A stretch of DNA of 47,259 nt, taken from the NCBI GenBank assembly GCA_041580375.1, contig JBFGDZ010000002.1, positions 1 through 47,259 on the forward strand. The letters are read 5' to 3'. The notes under the pieces were generated by a model that worked only from the letters and a program-made list of their open reading frames with translations, had not been told where the DNA came from and did not search any database. Each line of letters starts with the position of its first letter. The first letter of the stretch is position 1. Of this stretch, positions 10,577-19,080 are shown one piece after another. A program made the position numbers and the translations under genes. Origin of the DNA: Candidatus Polarisedimenticolia bacterium (GTDB lineage Bacteria; Acidobacteriota; Polarisedimenticolia; Gp22-AA2).

Positions 10577-11959
10577 TCAGCGGTTTCCGCCTTCCGGCCC
10601 CCTGACGACGCGGCCCCCCAGCATGACGAAGACCGGACGCTCCAGCGCGGCGATGTCCCGCAGCGGATCGCCCGCGACCGCCACCAGATCGGCTAGCTTG
10701 CCCGCCTCGATCGTCCCGACGCGGTCCTCCCGGCCGAGCGCCTCGGCGCCGACGCGCGTGCCGGCCTGGATCGCCTGCATCGGCGTCATCCCGGCGCGCA
10801 CGAGGGCGGCGAACTCGCGCGCGTTCAGGGCGGTGTCGTGTCCCCCGAAATCGGATCCGACGCCGATCTTCACGCCCGCGCGGATCGCGCGGCCGACGCG
10901 GCGGACGAACTCGCCCTGGGTCCTCTTCGAGAGCTCGACCATCTTCTCCAGCTCCGGCGCGTCCGTTCCCTTCTCGATGTAGTAGTCCCCGATGTAGATG
11001 GTCGGGACGTAGTACACGCCGCTCTCGACCATCATCCGGATCGCCTCGTCGTCGAGGAACGTGCCGTGCTCGATGCTGCGCACCCCGGCGCGGATCGCCT
11101 GCTTGATTCCCTCGGCGGCGTGAGCGTGCGCCATCACCGGCACGCCCCGACGCTTCGCCTCCTCGACGGCGGCGCGCAATTCCTCGGGGCTGAAGTGGAC
11201 GTCGCCCGGATCGTCGCCGGTGGACATGAAGGCGCCCGTGACGAGCAGCTTGATCCAGTCGCTGCCGTACTTGATCTCGCGGCGGATCGCCTTGCGCATC
11301 TCGTCCGGACCGTCGGCCACCAGGCCGTCCGCGATGAGATGCTGCTCCGGGGCGGCGAAGTTGATGTCGCCGCCGCCTCCCGTCACGGAGATGTAATGGC
11401 CGGCGCCCGTGATGCGCGGCCCCAAAAACAGCCCCTCGTCGATCGCCCGCCGGACCTCGAGGTGCGCGTAGTAGACGTCGGCGTCCCCGGCGATGCGGAT
11501 CGTCGTCCAGCCGGCCCGGAGGTTGGCCTGCGCCGCGCTCAGCCCCCTGAGCGCCTTGTAGGCGGAGGACATCTTGAGGTGCGTCGTCTGATAGGCGTCC
11601 CCCTCGATGAGCGGGTGCGAGTGCAGATCGATGAAGCCGGGCAACAGCGTGGCAGGACCGAGATCGATGACCTCCGCGTCCTTCGGTACGATGTCGCGCC
11701 CGCCGACGCGCTCGATCCGGTCGCCCCGGACCAGGACGGCGGAGGCCGGCCGTGCGCGGTCCGAACGCCCGTCGATCAGGCGCCCGCAAAGGACCGCGGT
11801 CACCGGGCCGTCGTCCCGCGTTGCCGCGGCGGCCTCCGCTGAAGGCGGCGGCATCGCGAGCGCGAGCAGCGCGAGCAGCGCGAGCAGCGACCGGCCCGCG
11901 CGGCCGATCGCGCCGCGGTACCGGGGGATGGAGTCGGCTTTGCGTTTTGATTCTGTCAT
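10577..11959 (-). CDS. metal-dependent amidohydrolase (Xaa-Pro dipeptidase/prolidase-like), secreted
   Basis: LPGFIDLHSH, DWIKL, MAHAH, SIEHG, GSDFG, GKLADLV; signal peptide. Confidence 0.9.
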   Translation of the reverse strand: MTESKRKADSIPRYRGAIGRAGRSLLALLALLALAMPPPSAEAAAATRDDGPVTAVLCGRLIDGRSDRARPASAVLVRGDRIERVGGRDIVPKDAEVIDLGPATLLPGFIDLHSHPLIEGDAYQTTHLKMSSAYKALRGLSAAQANLRAGWTTIRIAGDADVYYAHLEVRRAIDEGLFLGPRITGAGHYISVTGGGGDINFAAPEQHLIADGLVADGPDEMRKAIRREIKYGSDWIKLLVTGAFMSTGDDPGDVHFSPEELRAAVEEAKRRGVPVMAHAHAAEGIKQAIRAGVRSIEHGTFLDDEAIRMMVESGVYYVPTIYIGDYYIEKGTDAPELEKMVELSKRTQGEFVRRVGRAIRAGVKIGVGSDFGGHDTALNAREFAALVRAGMTPMQAIQAGTRVGAEALGREDRVGTIEAGKLADLVAVAGDPLRDIAALERPVFVMLGGRVVRGPEGGNR

Positions 11960-12096
11960 GAGCGGCTCCTCCGGGTTGGAGGTCGCATCTTACCGGATGT
12001 CCGGGAGCGCGCGAGGGATCGGCCGGATCCGGGGCGGGACCGGGCGCGGGGAGGCGGGGGCGCGTCCCGGTGGGGGGACGATCCTGCCGCGCCTCC

Positions 12097-12131
12097 GGGG
12101 GGGCCGGCGCGGGGTCCGCACCGGCCCCCCC
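12097..12131 (-). terminator. very strong GC hairpin downstream of ygbA
   Basis: On the minus strand GGGGGGGCCGG-U-GCGG-ACC-CCGC-G-CCGGCCCCCCC gives 16 contiguous pairs including one U-G pair. Confidence 0.45.
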
Positions 12132-12243
12132 CTCCCCACGCCCGGCTGGAACGGGAGTGATGTCGGTCGGGCGCACGATGGATACACGACGCGCGTAAAC
12201 ATTTCGTGACGGGATGGTGACGATGTGGAAACGCCCGGATCGT

Positions 12244-12690
12244 CTAGTCGCGCGGCCGGGGCGGGACGGCGCGCGCGACGTCGCCGTCCGGCGCCGCGGC
12301 GCAACACTCGCCGCCGGAGGCCGGAGCGTCCGCGGCGGGCACGCTCGCCGAGGGCGCGCGCCTGACGAACGGGCCCTTGTTCCGGGAATCGAGCGAATGA
12401 CGGATGGCCAGCCAGGGGTGCCGCAGGATCATGCGCGGGCCGGCGTACCGCATGACGTCCTTCACCTCGGCCCTCATGTCGGGCCGGTAGCAGTGAACCG
12501 GGCAGGCGGCGCAGGTCGGCTTGTTGTCGGGAAAGAGACAGCGGTCGAGTCGCTTCGCGGCATAGTCGAGAAGGCCGGCGCACCGATCGCAGAGCCCGCG
12601 ACGGCGCCCGTGGAGCCCGCCGCAGTAGATGGCGATCATGGCCTCGATGGTGCGCCGCTCGCGCTCGAACCGGGCCCCGTCCTTCGTCAT
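12244..12690 (-). CDS. ygbA: YgbA-like (nitrous oxide-stimulated promoter family) Cys/His-rich protein
   Basis: RERRTIEAMIAIYC..H..LC..C..LLDYA..RLDRC....KPTC..CPVHCY....R..V..VMRYAGPRMILRHP family pattern. Confidence 0.88.
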   Translation of the reverse strand: MTKDGARFERERRTIEAMIAIYCGGLHGRRRGLCDRCAGLLDYAAKRLDRCLFPDNKPTCAACPVHCYRPDMRAEVKDVMRYAGPRMILRHPWLAIRHSLDSRNKGPFVRRAPSASVPAADAPASGGECCAAAPDGDVARAVPPRPRD

Positions 12691-12747
12691 CCAGTCATTC
12701 TGCCACGAACCGCGGACGTCGGCTCCGGTCCGGACCCGGAAAGGCTC

Positions 12748-13413
12748 TTAGATGCGGCGCCGGAGGCGGGCGTAGTGTCGCCGGGCCTTGGCGCGGTTGC
12801 CGCAGACGCTCATGTCGCACCAGCGCCGCGTGCGGTTGCGGCTCGAGTCGAGGAACAGCCAGGCGCAGGCGTCGGAGGCGCAGATCCGGACGCGATCGAT
12901 CTCGCCGCCGGTGAGGAGATCGGCGGCGGAGCGCAGAACGGGATGGAGGACGCGGTCCGGATCGTCCGGGCCGGTCTCGAGGCGCCAGGAGAAGCGACCG
13001 CGCTCCGCCCCGATCCGGAGCCGGCCCAGGGCCTGCGGGAGATGGCGGTTCAGGGTCCCGATCGCCCGGGCGGGGGGCGGCGCGCCGCGGGCGACGGCGG
13101 AGAAGATGTCGAAGATCGCCTCGCGCACGCGCACGGCCCTCGCCAGGGCGGCGCGCGCCGCGGCGGGGCGCCGGCCGGTTATCCGGAGGAGGCGGCGGCC
13201 TTCGCGATCGCCGATCGCGCCCGACTGCTCGCCCCAGGCGACGAGATCGTCGTACCGCGCCAGCAGGTCCCGGCGGCGCGGCGTGGGGCGGCAGTCGACC
13301 GTGTTGGCCAGATCGAGGCAGAGCCGGCCGCCCGTCAGCTCGAAGAGGATGCCTCCGGGGCCGGGCCGCCCCCCGCCCCTCGCGGCCGCCCGCGGCCCCG
13401 CGCGGGTTTTCAC
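12748..13413 (-). CDS. ABATE domain / CGNR zinc-finger protein (putative transcriptional regulator)
   Basis: LCLDLANTV at the N-terminus; C-x4-C-x-W-LFLDSSRNRTRRWCDMSVCGNRAK at the C-terminus; AGGAGG SD. Confidence 0.92.
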   Translation of the reverse strand: MKTRAGPRAAARGGGRPGPGGILFELTGGRLCLDLANTVDCRPTPRRRDLLARYDDLVAWGEQSGAIGDREGRRLLRITGRRPAAARAALARAVRVREAIFDIFSAVARGAPPPARAIGTLNRHLPQALGRLRIGAERGRFSWRLETGPDDPDRVLHPVLRSAADLLTGGEIDRVRICASDACAWLFLDSSRNRTRRWCDMSVCGNRAKARRHYARLRRRI

Positions 13414-13418
13414 GCTTA

Positions 13419-13496
13419 TAACCTCCTAAAACGACTTGACTGGTTTATTCCACCCGTGTAGGCTCTAACCAACGTATAAGATTACGATAGTTAGAG
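13419..13496. promoter_or_regulatory. divergent promoter region with sigma70 promoter TTGACT-N17-TAGGCT (13436-13464, + strand) and two TAACC-N18-RGTTW inverted repeats
   Basis: AT-rich island. Box 1: TAACC(13419-23)..GGTTT(13442-46). Box 2: CTCTAACC(13463-70)..AGTTAGAG(13489-96). Confidence 0.7.
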
Positions 13497-13508
13497 GGGA
13501 TCGTCAAG

Positions 13509-14468
13509 ATGGGAGATCGGGCGTTCCGGGCCAGGATGATCGCGGCGTTCGCGGCCCTCTATTTCATCTGGGGATCGACCTACCTCGGGATCCGCTTCGC
13601 CATCGAGACGATCCCGCCGTTCCTGATGGCGGGTTCCCGCCTCGTTCTGGCGGGCGTGCCCCTGTTCCTGTGGGCCCTCGCGAGGGGGCACGCCTGGCCG
13701 CGCGCCTCGCAGTGGCTCGAGGCGGCCGTCGTCGGGGGCCTGCTCTTCGTGGGCGGGCACGGGGCGGTCTCCTGGTCGGAGCAGTGGGTGCCGACGGGCG
13801 CCGCCGCCCTGATCATCGGGACGCTGCCGCTCTGGATGGCGATCCTGGACGCGCTGCGCGACGGGGGGGCCCCGATCGATCGCAGGACGGGCGGCGGCCT
13901 CCTGATCGGCTTTCTGGGCGTCGGGTTGCTGATCGGTCCGGAGGACGTCATCGGCGGACCGCGGCCGGATCCGGTCGCCTCGGCCGTGCTCCTGCTCGGC
14001 GCCTTCTCGTGGGCGGTCGGCTCGGTGCTGTCGCGCAAGCTGAAGCGCCTTCCGGAGACGGGCCTGGCGACATCGATGCAACTGCTCACCGGGGGCGGGC
14101 TGCTGTGGATCCTCGGGATCGCGACCGGCGAGCCGGGCCGGTTCGAGCCGGCCGCCGTGTCGGCGCGATCCGCCCTCGCGCTCCTCTACCTCGCGTTCGT
14201 CGGGTCGCTGATCGGCTTCTCCGCCTTCAGCTGGCTGCTGCGCGTCACGACTCCCGCGCGGGTGTCCACGTACGCCTATGTCAATCCCGTCGTGGCCGTG
14301 CTCATCGGCTGGGGCCTCGGCGGAGAGGCGCTGACGCCGCGCATCCTGTCGGGGGGGCTGCTGATCGTCTCCGCCGTCGTCCTGATCCTGGCGCGCCGGC
14401 GCGCGGGAGCGAGCCGCGCCGCGACACCGCGCTCCATCGCTCTGCAAACGGACAAGGAGGCTCCATGA
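13509..14468 (+). CDS. EamA/DMT transporter (YedA-like)
   Basis: LYFIWGSTYLGIR, PPFLMAGSR, YLAFVGSLIGF, STYAYVNPVVAV. Confidence 0.92.
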   Translation: MGDRAFRARMIAAFAALYFIWGSTYLGIRFAIETIPPFLMAGSRLVLAGVPLFLWALARGHAWPRASQWLEAAVVGGLLFVGGHGAVSWSEQWVPTGAAALIIGTLPLWMAILDALRDGGAPIDRRTGGGLLIGFLGVGLLIGPEDVIGGPRPDPVASAVLLLGAFSWAVGSVLSRKLKRLPETGLATSMQLLTGGGLLWILGIATGEPGRFEPAAVSARSALALLYLAFVGSLIGFSAFSWLLRVTTPARVSTYAYVNPVVAVLIGWGLGGEALTPRILSGGLLIVSAVVLILARRRAGASRAATPRSIALQTDKEAP

Positions 14469-14770
14469 CCGTACGCATCTGGGGCGGGCGCACGCCCGAC
14501 ACGAAGGCGGACGCCTATCTCGATTATCTCAACGCCACCGGAGTGAAGAACCTCAGGGCCACGCCGGGGAACCGGGGAGTCTACGTTCTGCGCAGCATCG
14601 AGCACGGCGTGGCCGAGTTTCTCGTCGTCTCGCTGTGGGAATCGCTCGACGTGATCCGCGCCTTCGCGGGAGATCCGATCGACAGGGCGGTCTACTACCC
14701 CGAGGACGACGCGTTTCTTCTCGAGCGCGAGCCGCGCGTGCGGCACTACGAGGCGCTCGTCGCTCCCTGA
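14465..14770 (+). CDS. antibiotic biosynthesis monooxygenase (ABM)-like dimeric alpha/beta barrel protein
   Basis: ATGA overlap with the EamA stop and AGGAGG SD; RIW.G.T..KADAYLDYL...PGNRG...SLWES..IRAFAG...AVYYPED. Confidence 0.82.
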   Translation: MTVRIWGGRTPDTKADAYLDYLNATGVKNLRATPGNRGVYVLRSIEHGVAEFLVVSLWESLDVIRAFAGDPIDRAVYYPEDDAFLLEREPRVRHYEALVAP

Positions 14771-14813
14771 GGGGCCGCGGCACCAGCGCGTTTCGCCGGC
14801 GCCGTTGCTTCCC

Positions 14814-16361
14814 TCACCGGACGCCGAGCAGGGGAAGCGCGACGGCGTAGGTGAGCGCCGTGATCAGCACGATCCCGATCAGGTTGAGCCACAGTCCGGC
14901 GCGACACATCTGCGGGATCGTCACGCGTCCCGAGCCGAAGACGATCGCGTTGGGAGGCGTGGCGACGGGAAGCATGAAGGCGCAGCTCGCCGCGATGGCG
15001 GCCGGCACGATCAGCATGTACGCGTGCACCCCGAGGCCGGGCGCCAGGGCCGCGAGGATCGGGACCATCGTCGCCGTCGTGGCGGTGTTGCTCGTGATCT
15101 CGGTCAGATAGATCATCGTCGCCGTCACGACGAGGACGAGGAGAAGGGGCGACGCCCCCCGGAACGATCCGACCTGGTTCCCGATCAGGTCGGCGACGCC
15201 GTTGGCGTTGATCGCCGACGCCAGGCTGAGGCCCCCGCCGAACAGGATCAGGACGCCCCACGGAAGCCTGAGCGCCGTCTCCCAGTTCATCACGAAGATC
15301 CGCGATCCCGGATGGACCGGGATGACGAACAGGAGCAGGGCCGCCCCCATGGCGATCCCGGCGTCGGTCAGTCCCGCGAGGGGCCGCCCCTCCCCGAAGG
15401 CGACGCGGGTCAGCAGGGGCCGCAGGATCCATGCGGACGCGGTGAGCGCGAAGACGACGAGCGTGATCCATTCGCCCGGCTTCATCGGTCCCAGTTGGCG
15501 ATAGGCCTCCCGCGTCACGGCCGCGCCGCCTTCGATCGGCCGCGTACCCACCGGGTAAAGGAACCGCGTCAGCATCAGCCACACGATCGGGACGAACACG
15601 ACGACGAGGGGCAGCCCGACCCCGAGCCAGCGGGCGAACGTGATCTCGGCGCCCAGCTGATCGCGGATGAAAGATGCGAGAAACAGATTGGGGGGTGTCC
15701 CGATCAGGGTGCCGATGCCGCCGATCGAGGCGGCGTAGGCGATCCCGAGCAGAAGGCAGAGCGCCAGAGGGCCGGTCCCCTCGCGGGGCGCGGCCTCGCC
15801 GTCCTCCCTCGCCACGAGATCGATCACGCTGAGCGCGATCGGGAGCATCATGATCGTGATCGACGTGTTCGAGACCCACATGCTGAGCACGGCGGTGATC
15901 ACCATGAACCCGCCGACCATGCGGCGCGGCCGGTCGCCGACCAGCCGCAGCGCCGCGAAGGCGATGCGCCGGTGGAGGTTCCAGCGCTGCATCGCCAGCG
16001 CGATGATGAACCCGCCCATGAACAGAAAGATCAGCTCGTGGCCGTAGGGGGAGGCCGCCTGCCGCATGGTGGTCGCGCGCGCGATCGGCAGCAGGACCAG
16101 CGGGAGGAGCGCGGTGGCGTAGACGGGGATCGCCTCGGTCATCCACCAGATCGCCATCCAGGCCGCGGCGGCGGCGGTGGCCCGCCCGGCGTGGGTGAAC
16201 GGGATGGTGCTGCCGGCGCCGTCCAGGTAGAGATCCGGGAGGAGCAGATAGACGGCGATCGCCGCGGCCGGCCCGGCGACGAGGCCGATCCACTGAACCG
16301 TCGCGCGGAGCTCGCGCGTCCGGCCGCTCCCGGCGCGGGTCGGCCCGTTCGATCCCATCAC
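14814..16361 (-). CDS. SLC13/DASS family Na+-coupled dicarboxylate/sulfate symporter
   Basis: WWMTEAIP, SMWVSNT, IGTLIGTPPN, TEITSNTAT, AFMLPVATPPNAIVF. Confidence 0.93.
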   Translation of the reverse strand: MMGSNGPTRAGSGRTRELRATVQWIGLVAGPAAAIAVYLLLPDLYLDGAGSTIPFTHAGRATAAAAAWMAIWWMTEAIPVYATALLPLVLLPIARATTMRQAASPYGHELIFLFMGGFIIALAMQRWNLHRRIAFAALRLVGDRPRRMVGGFMVITAVLSMWVSNTSITIMMLPIALSVIDLVAREDGEAAPREGTGPLALCLLLGIAYAASIGGIGTLIGTPPNLFLASFIRDQLGAEITFARWLGVGLPLVVVFVPIVWLMLTRFLYPVGTRPIEGGAAVTREAYRQLGPMKPGEWITLVVFALTASAWILRPLLTRVAFGEGRPLAGLTDAGIAMGAALLLFVIPVHPGSRIFVMNWETALRLPWGVLILFGGGLSLASAINANGVADLIGNQVGSFRGASPLLLVLVVTATMIYLTEITSNTATTATMVPILAALAPGLGVHAYMLIVPAAIAASCAFMLPVATPPNAIVFGSGRVTIPQMCRAGLWLNLIGIVLITALTYAVALPLLGVR

Positions 16362-16391
16362 CGGGTCATGTTAGACCAGGTGCTCTCCGGA

Positions 16392-16973
16392 TCAGATCCC
16401 GCAGGTCACGGCCCGGCAGTCGGCGGGCGGGCACGATTGGGCCGCGAAGGCCCCGGTCAGCGTGCACGGGAAGGTCGGTCCGCAGGACTGGAACTCGTTC
16501 ACCGGCGAGACGGTCAGCGTGTAGCTGCCGAAGATCTCACGGCCGGCGGGATCGGAGGTCCCGGCCGCCTCGGTCGACAGCGTCAGCGAGCACGAGCCGG
16601 AGACGACGAAGGTCTGCTCCCAGGGGAAGGTCGCGACGCCCGACGGCTCGATGACGCCCTCCCCGTGAGCCACGACGGCGCCGCACCGGTCGACGACGGC
16701 GAAGGCGGTCCGGCCGCCCGTCTGGGTCAAACGCAGGACGCCTTCGTCCGTGACCGGAAAGAACTCGATGCCGCAGGTGTCGGTCCCCGGCGACAGGGTG
16801 AACGACCACGGTCCCGCGATGCCGGGCGTCGTCTTCACGAATCCGCCGATGACGTTCGGAGCGGGCGTGGCCCCGCCGGCCGGGCCCTCGTCGGAGCATC
16901 CGGACGACAGAACGAAGAGAAGCACGCACAGACCGGACACGCCCGGCCCAAGACGACGGAAACGCGCGAACAC
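16392..16973 (-). CDS. hypothetical Cys-rich lipoprotein
   Basis: GTG start at 16973 with GGGAGG SD; basic N-region, hydrophobic stretch and SSGC lipobox-like site; 8 Cys after the lipobox Cys. Confidence 0.6.
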   Translation of the reverse strand: MFARFRRLGPGVSGLCVLLFVLSSGCSDEGPAGGATPAPNVIGGFVKTTPGIAGPWSFTLSPGTDTCGIEFFPVTDEGVLRLTQTGGRTAFAVVDRCGAVVAHGEGVIEPSGVATFPWEQTFVVSGSCSLTLSTEAAGTSDPAGREIFGSYTLTVSPVNEFQSCGPTFPCTLTGAFAAQSCPPADCRAVTCGI

Positions 16974-17140
16974 TCGGCCCTCCCGGGTGCGAATCGGGCA
17001 CCCCTTACGGTGTGCCATCCATGTACGCCGAGGGAGGGGCCCGCGCAAGGGGATCCGGAGCGGCGCCCGGGCGGCGCGCCGGTTTTATGACGGAGTCGGG
17101 ACGGATCAGCGCGGGGAGTCCACCGGCCGCCCCGGCGGGA

Positions 17141-18334
17141 TCAGGCGGAGGTGTCGTCCGTCGGCCCGGGAGGACCCGGCTCGGCCGGCTCCGCCGGCTG
17201 GGTCGGGAAGCCCTTCAGAGAGCCCAGCTCGTGGCGGTCGCGCGGCACGACGCGCGGCGTCTGCATGTACAGGGCGATCAGATCGGCGAGCGAGAGCAGC
17301 GACTGGATGTGCGTGCGCTCGTGGCCGTGGGACCCGTCGACGCCGAAGCAGATGAGGGCGGTCCGGATGTCGTTGCCCGCCTCGATGGCGGAGGCGGCAT
17401 CGCAGCGATAGTGCCGGAAGACGTCCCGCGCGTGCGGGATATCGTGATCCCGGCAGAGATCGAGCAGATGGTGCGTGAGATGCCAATCGAACGGGCCGGT
17501 CGAATCGGCCATGGCGACGGTCACCCCCTCCTCGATCGAGTTCTGCCCGGGCGCCGGCGTGGAGTTGTCCACGCTGACGAGCTCCGCGACGTCGCCGTGC
17601 AGGATGGCGGAGGCGCCGGAGCCGACCTCCTCGGAGATGGTGAACAGCAGGTGGCAGTCGACGGCGGGGCGGAGATTCGCGCTCCGGACCGCACGGGTGG
17701 CCGCGAGAAGGGTCGCCACGCCCGCCTTGTCGTCGAGATGGCGGGCGACGATGTGCCCGCTCTCGGTGATCTCCGGGGAGGCGTCGACCGCGACGATGTC
17801 GCCGATGTTCAGTCCCAGGCGCTTCAGATCCTCGTCCGAGTGGCAGCGCTCGTCGATCCGGAGCTCGACGTGCTCCCAATCGATCGGCACTCGATCGATC
17901 TCCTCGCCGAACGTGTGGCCTGACGATTTCACCGGCAGGATCGTGCCGCGGCGCGTGCCGCGATCGGTGTAGACGGTCACGCGCGCGCCCTCACTGAAGC
18001 GGCTCGACCAGGTCCCGATCGGGGCGAGCCCGAGCCGGCCGTCCGGTCTCAGGCTCCTCACCATCGCCCCCAGCGTATCCAGGTGGACGACGAGCGCCCG
18101 GTCGGGACTGCGCTCCTCCCCTTCCAGATCGGCTCGGATGGCGCCGCGCCGGGTCAGCTCGAACGGCACGCCCAGGCGGCTCAGCTCCTCCCCCACGAAG
18201 TGGACCATCCGATCCGTGTATCCGCTGGGGCTGTCGATCTCCAGCAGCCGCAAGAGGATCGCCGTGAGGTACTCGGAATCGATCGGAAGACGGCGCAGTT
18301 CGACGCCCGCTGACGGAGGACCCGCGTAGTTCAT
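17141..18334 (-). CDS. osmoprotectant NAGGN system M42 family peptidase
   Basis: SPSGYTD, HLDTLGAMV, GTWSSRFSEG, RHLDDKAG, SEEVG, YRCDAASAIEAG, SHGHER; adjacent to asnO-ngg. Confidence 0.9.
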   Translation of the reverse strand: MNYAGPPSAGVELRRLPIDSEYLTAILLRLLEIDSPSGYTDRMVHFVGEELSRLGVPFELTRRGAIRADLEGEERSPDRALVVHLDTLGAMVRSLRPDGRLGLAPIGTWSSRFSEGARVTVYTDRGTRRGTILPVKSSGHTFGEEIDRVPIDWEHVELRIDERCHSDEDLKRLGLNIGDIVAVDASPEITESGHIVARHLDDKAGVATLLAATRAVRSANLRPAVDCHLLFTISEEVGSGASAILHGDVAELVSVDNSTPAPGQNSIEEGVTVAMADSTGPFDWHLTHHLLDLCRDHDIPHARDVFRHYRCDAASAIEAGNDIRTALICFGVDGSHGHERTHIQSLLSLADLIALYMQTPRVVPRDRHELGSLKGFPTQPAEPAEPGPPGPTDDTSA

Positions 18335-18435
18335 CCCGCTCGCTCCTGACCCGGCCGGGACGCGTCGCGACCCCGCGGCCCGGTGTCTGGAAATTCCTTA
18401 CACCGCAAATTAAATATCACAAGCGCCGGATCTCC

Positions 18436-18527
18436 GCAACTTCCAATAAGTTGCCCGGATCGAATCAATTAGAGTGCCCCCGCCCGCCCGGGGGCCTTGA
18501 ATTTCTTTCGCATAGAATATAAATTCA
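18436..18527. promoter_or_regulatory. AT-rich divergent control region with palindromes and a sigma70-like promoter TTGAAT-N17-TAAATT (18497-18525, + strand)
   Basis: GCAACTT-N5-AAGTTGC (18436-18454); TGAATTT-N16-AAATTCA (18498-18527). Confidence 0.55.
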
Positions 18528-18543
18528 GGAGCATGGGACGGGG

Positions 18544-19080
18544 GTGGACTTGAGCGCGGAGAACGAGAAGTGGCGTGAGGCGGTGACCGCCCTGAGGCGG
18601 ATCATCCGCGCCGTCGATCTCCACTCCCGGTCCCTCGTCCAGCGCTGCGGGCTGACCGGTCCGCAGCTTCTCATGCTCCATCGACTCGCCTCCGCGGGCG
18701 AGATCTCGATCGGCGAGCTCGCCGTCGCGGTCAGCCTCAGCCAGCCCACGGTGACCGGCATCCTGGACCGGCTCGAGCGCCGGGGGCTCGTGCGCAGGCG
18801 CCGCAGCCCCGACGACAAGCGCCGGGTGCTCGTGCGCACCACGCCCGCCTGCAAGCGCCTGCTCGCATCGGCGCCGCCGCTCCTTCAGGAGTCGTTCGTC
18901 CGGCAGTTCACCGGCATGGGGGACTGGGAGCAGAATCTGATCCTCTCCTCGCTACAGCGCGTCGTGGCGATGATGGAGGCCGCGGAGATGGACGCCGCGC
19001 CGATCCTGACGACGGGACCGATCCATCCCGCCGGCGGAACGTCCGGGAAGGACGGAGGCCATGTGCGGCATCTGCGGTGA
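18544..19080 (+). CDS. MarR family transcriptional regulator (EctR-like)
   Basis: ALRRIIRAVDLHSRSL..GLTGPQL, SLSQPTVTGILDRLE, DKRRV, APPLLQESF, ILSSLQRVVAMM; this pattern matches the osmolyte-operon regulator EctR. Confidence 0.9.
   Translation: MDLSAENEKWREAVTALRRIIRAVDLHSRSLVQRCGLTGPQLLMLHRLASAGEISIGELAVAVSLSQPTVTGILDRLERRGLVRRRRSPDDKRRVLVRTTPACKRLLASAPPLLQESFVRQFTGMGDWEQNLILSSLQRVVAMMEAAEMDAAPILTTGPIHPAGGTSGKDGGHVRHLR

Noticed and set aside
11862-11888. (GCGAGCAGC)x3 tandem repeat
   Set aside because: It simply encodes the LLA-LLA-LLA core of a signal peptide, and the unit is a multiple of three.
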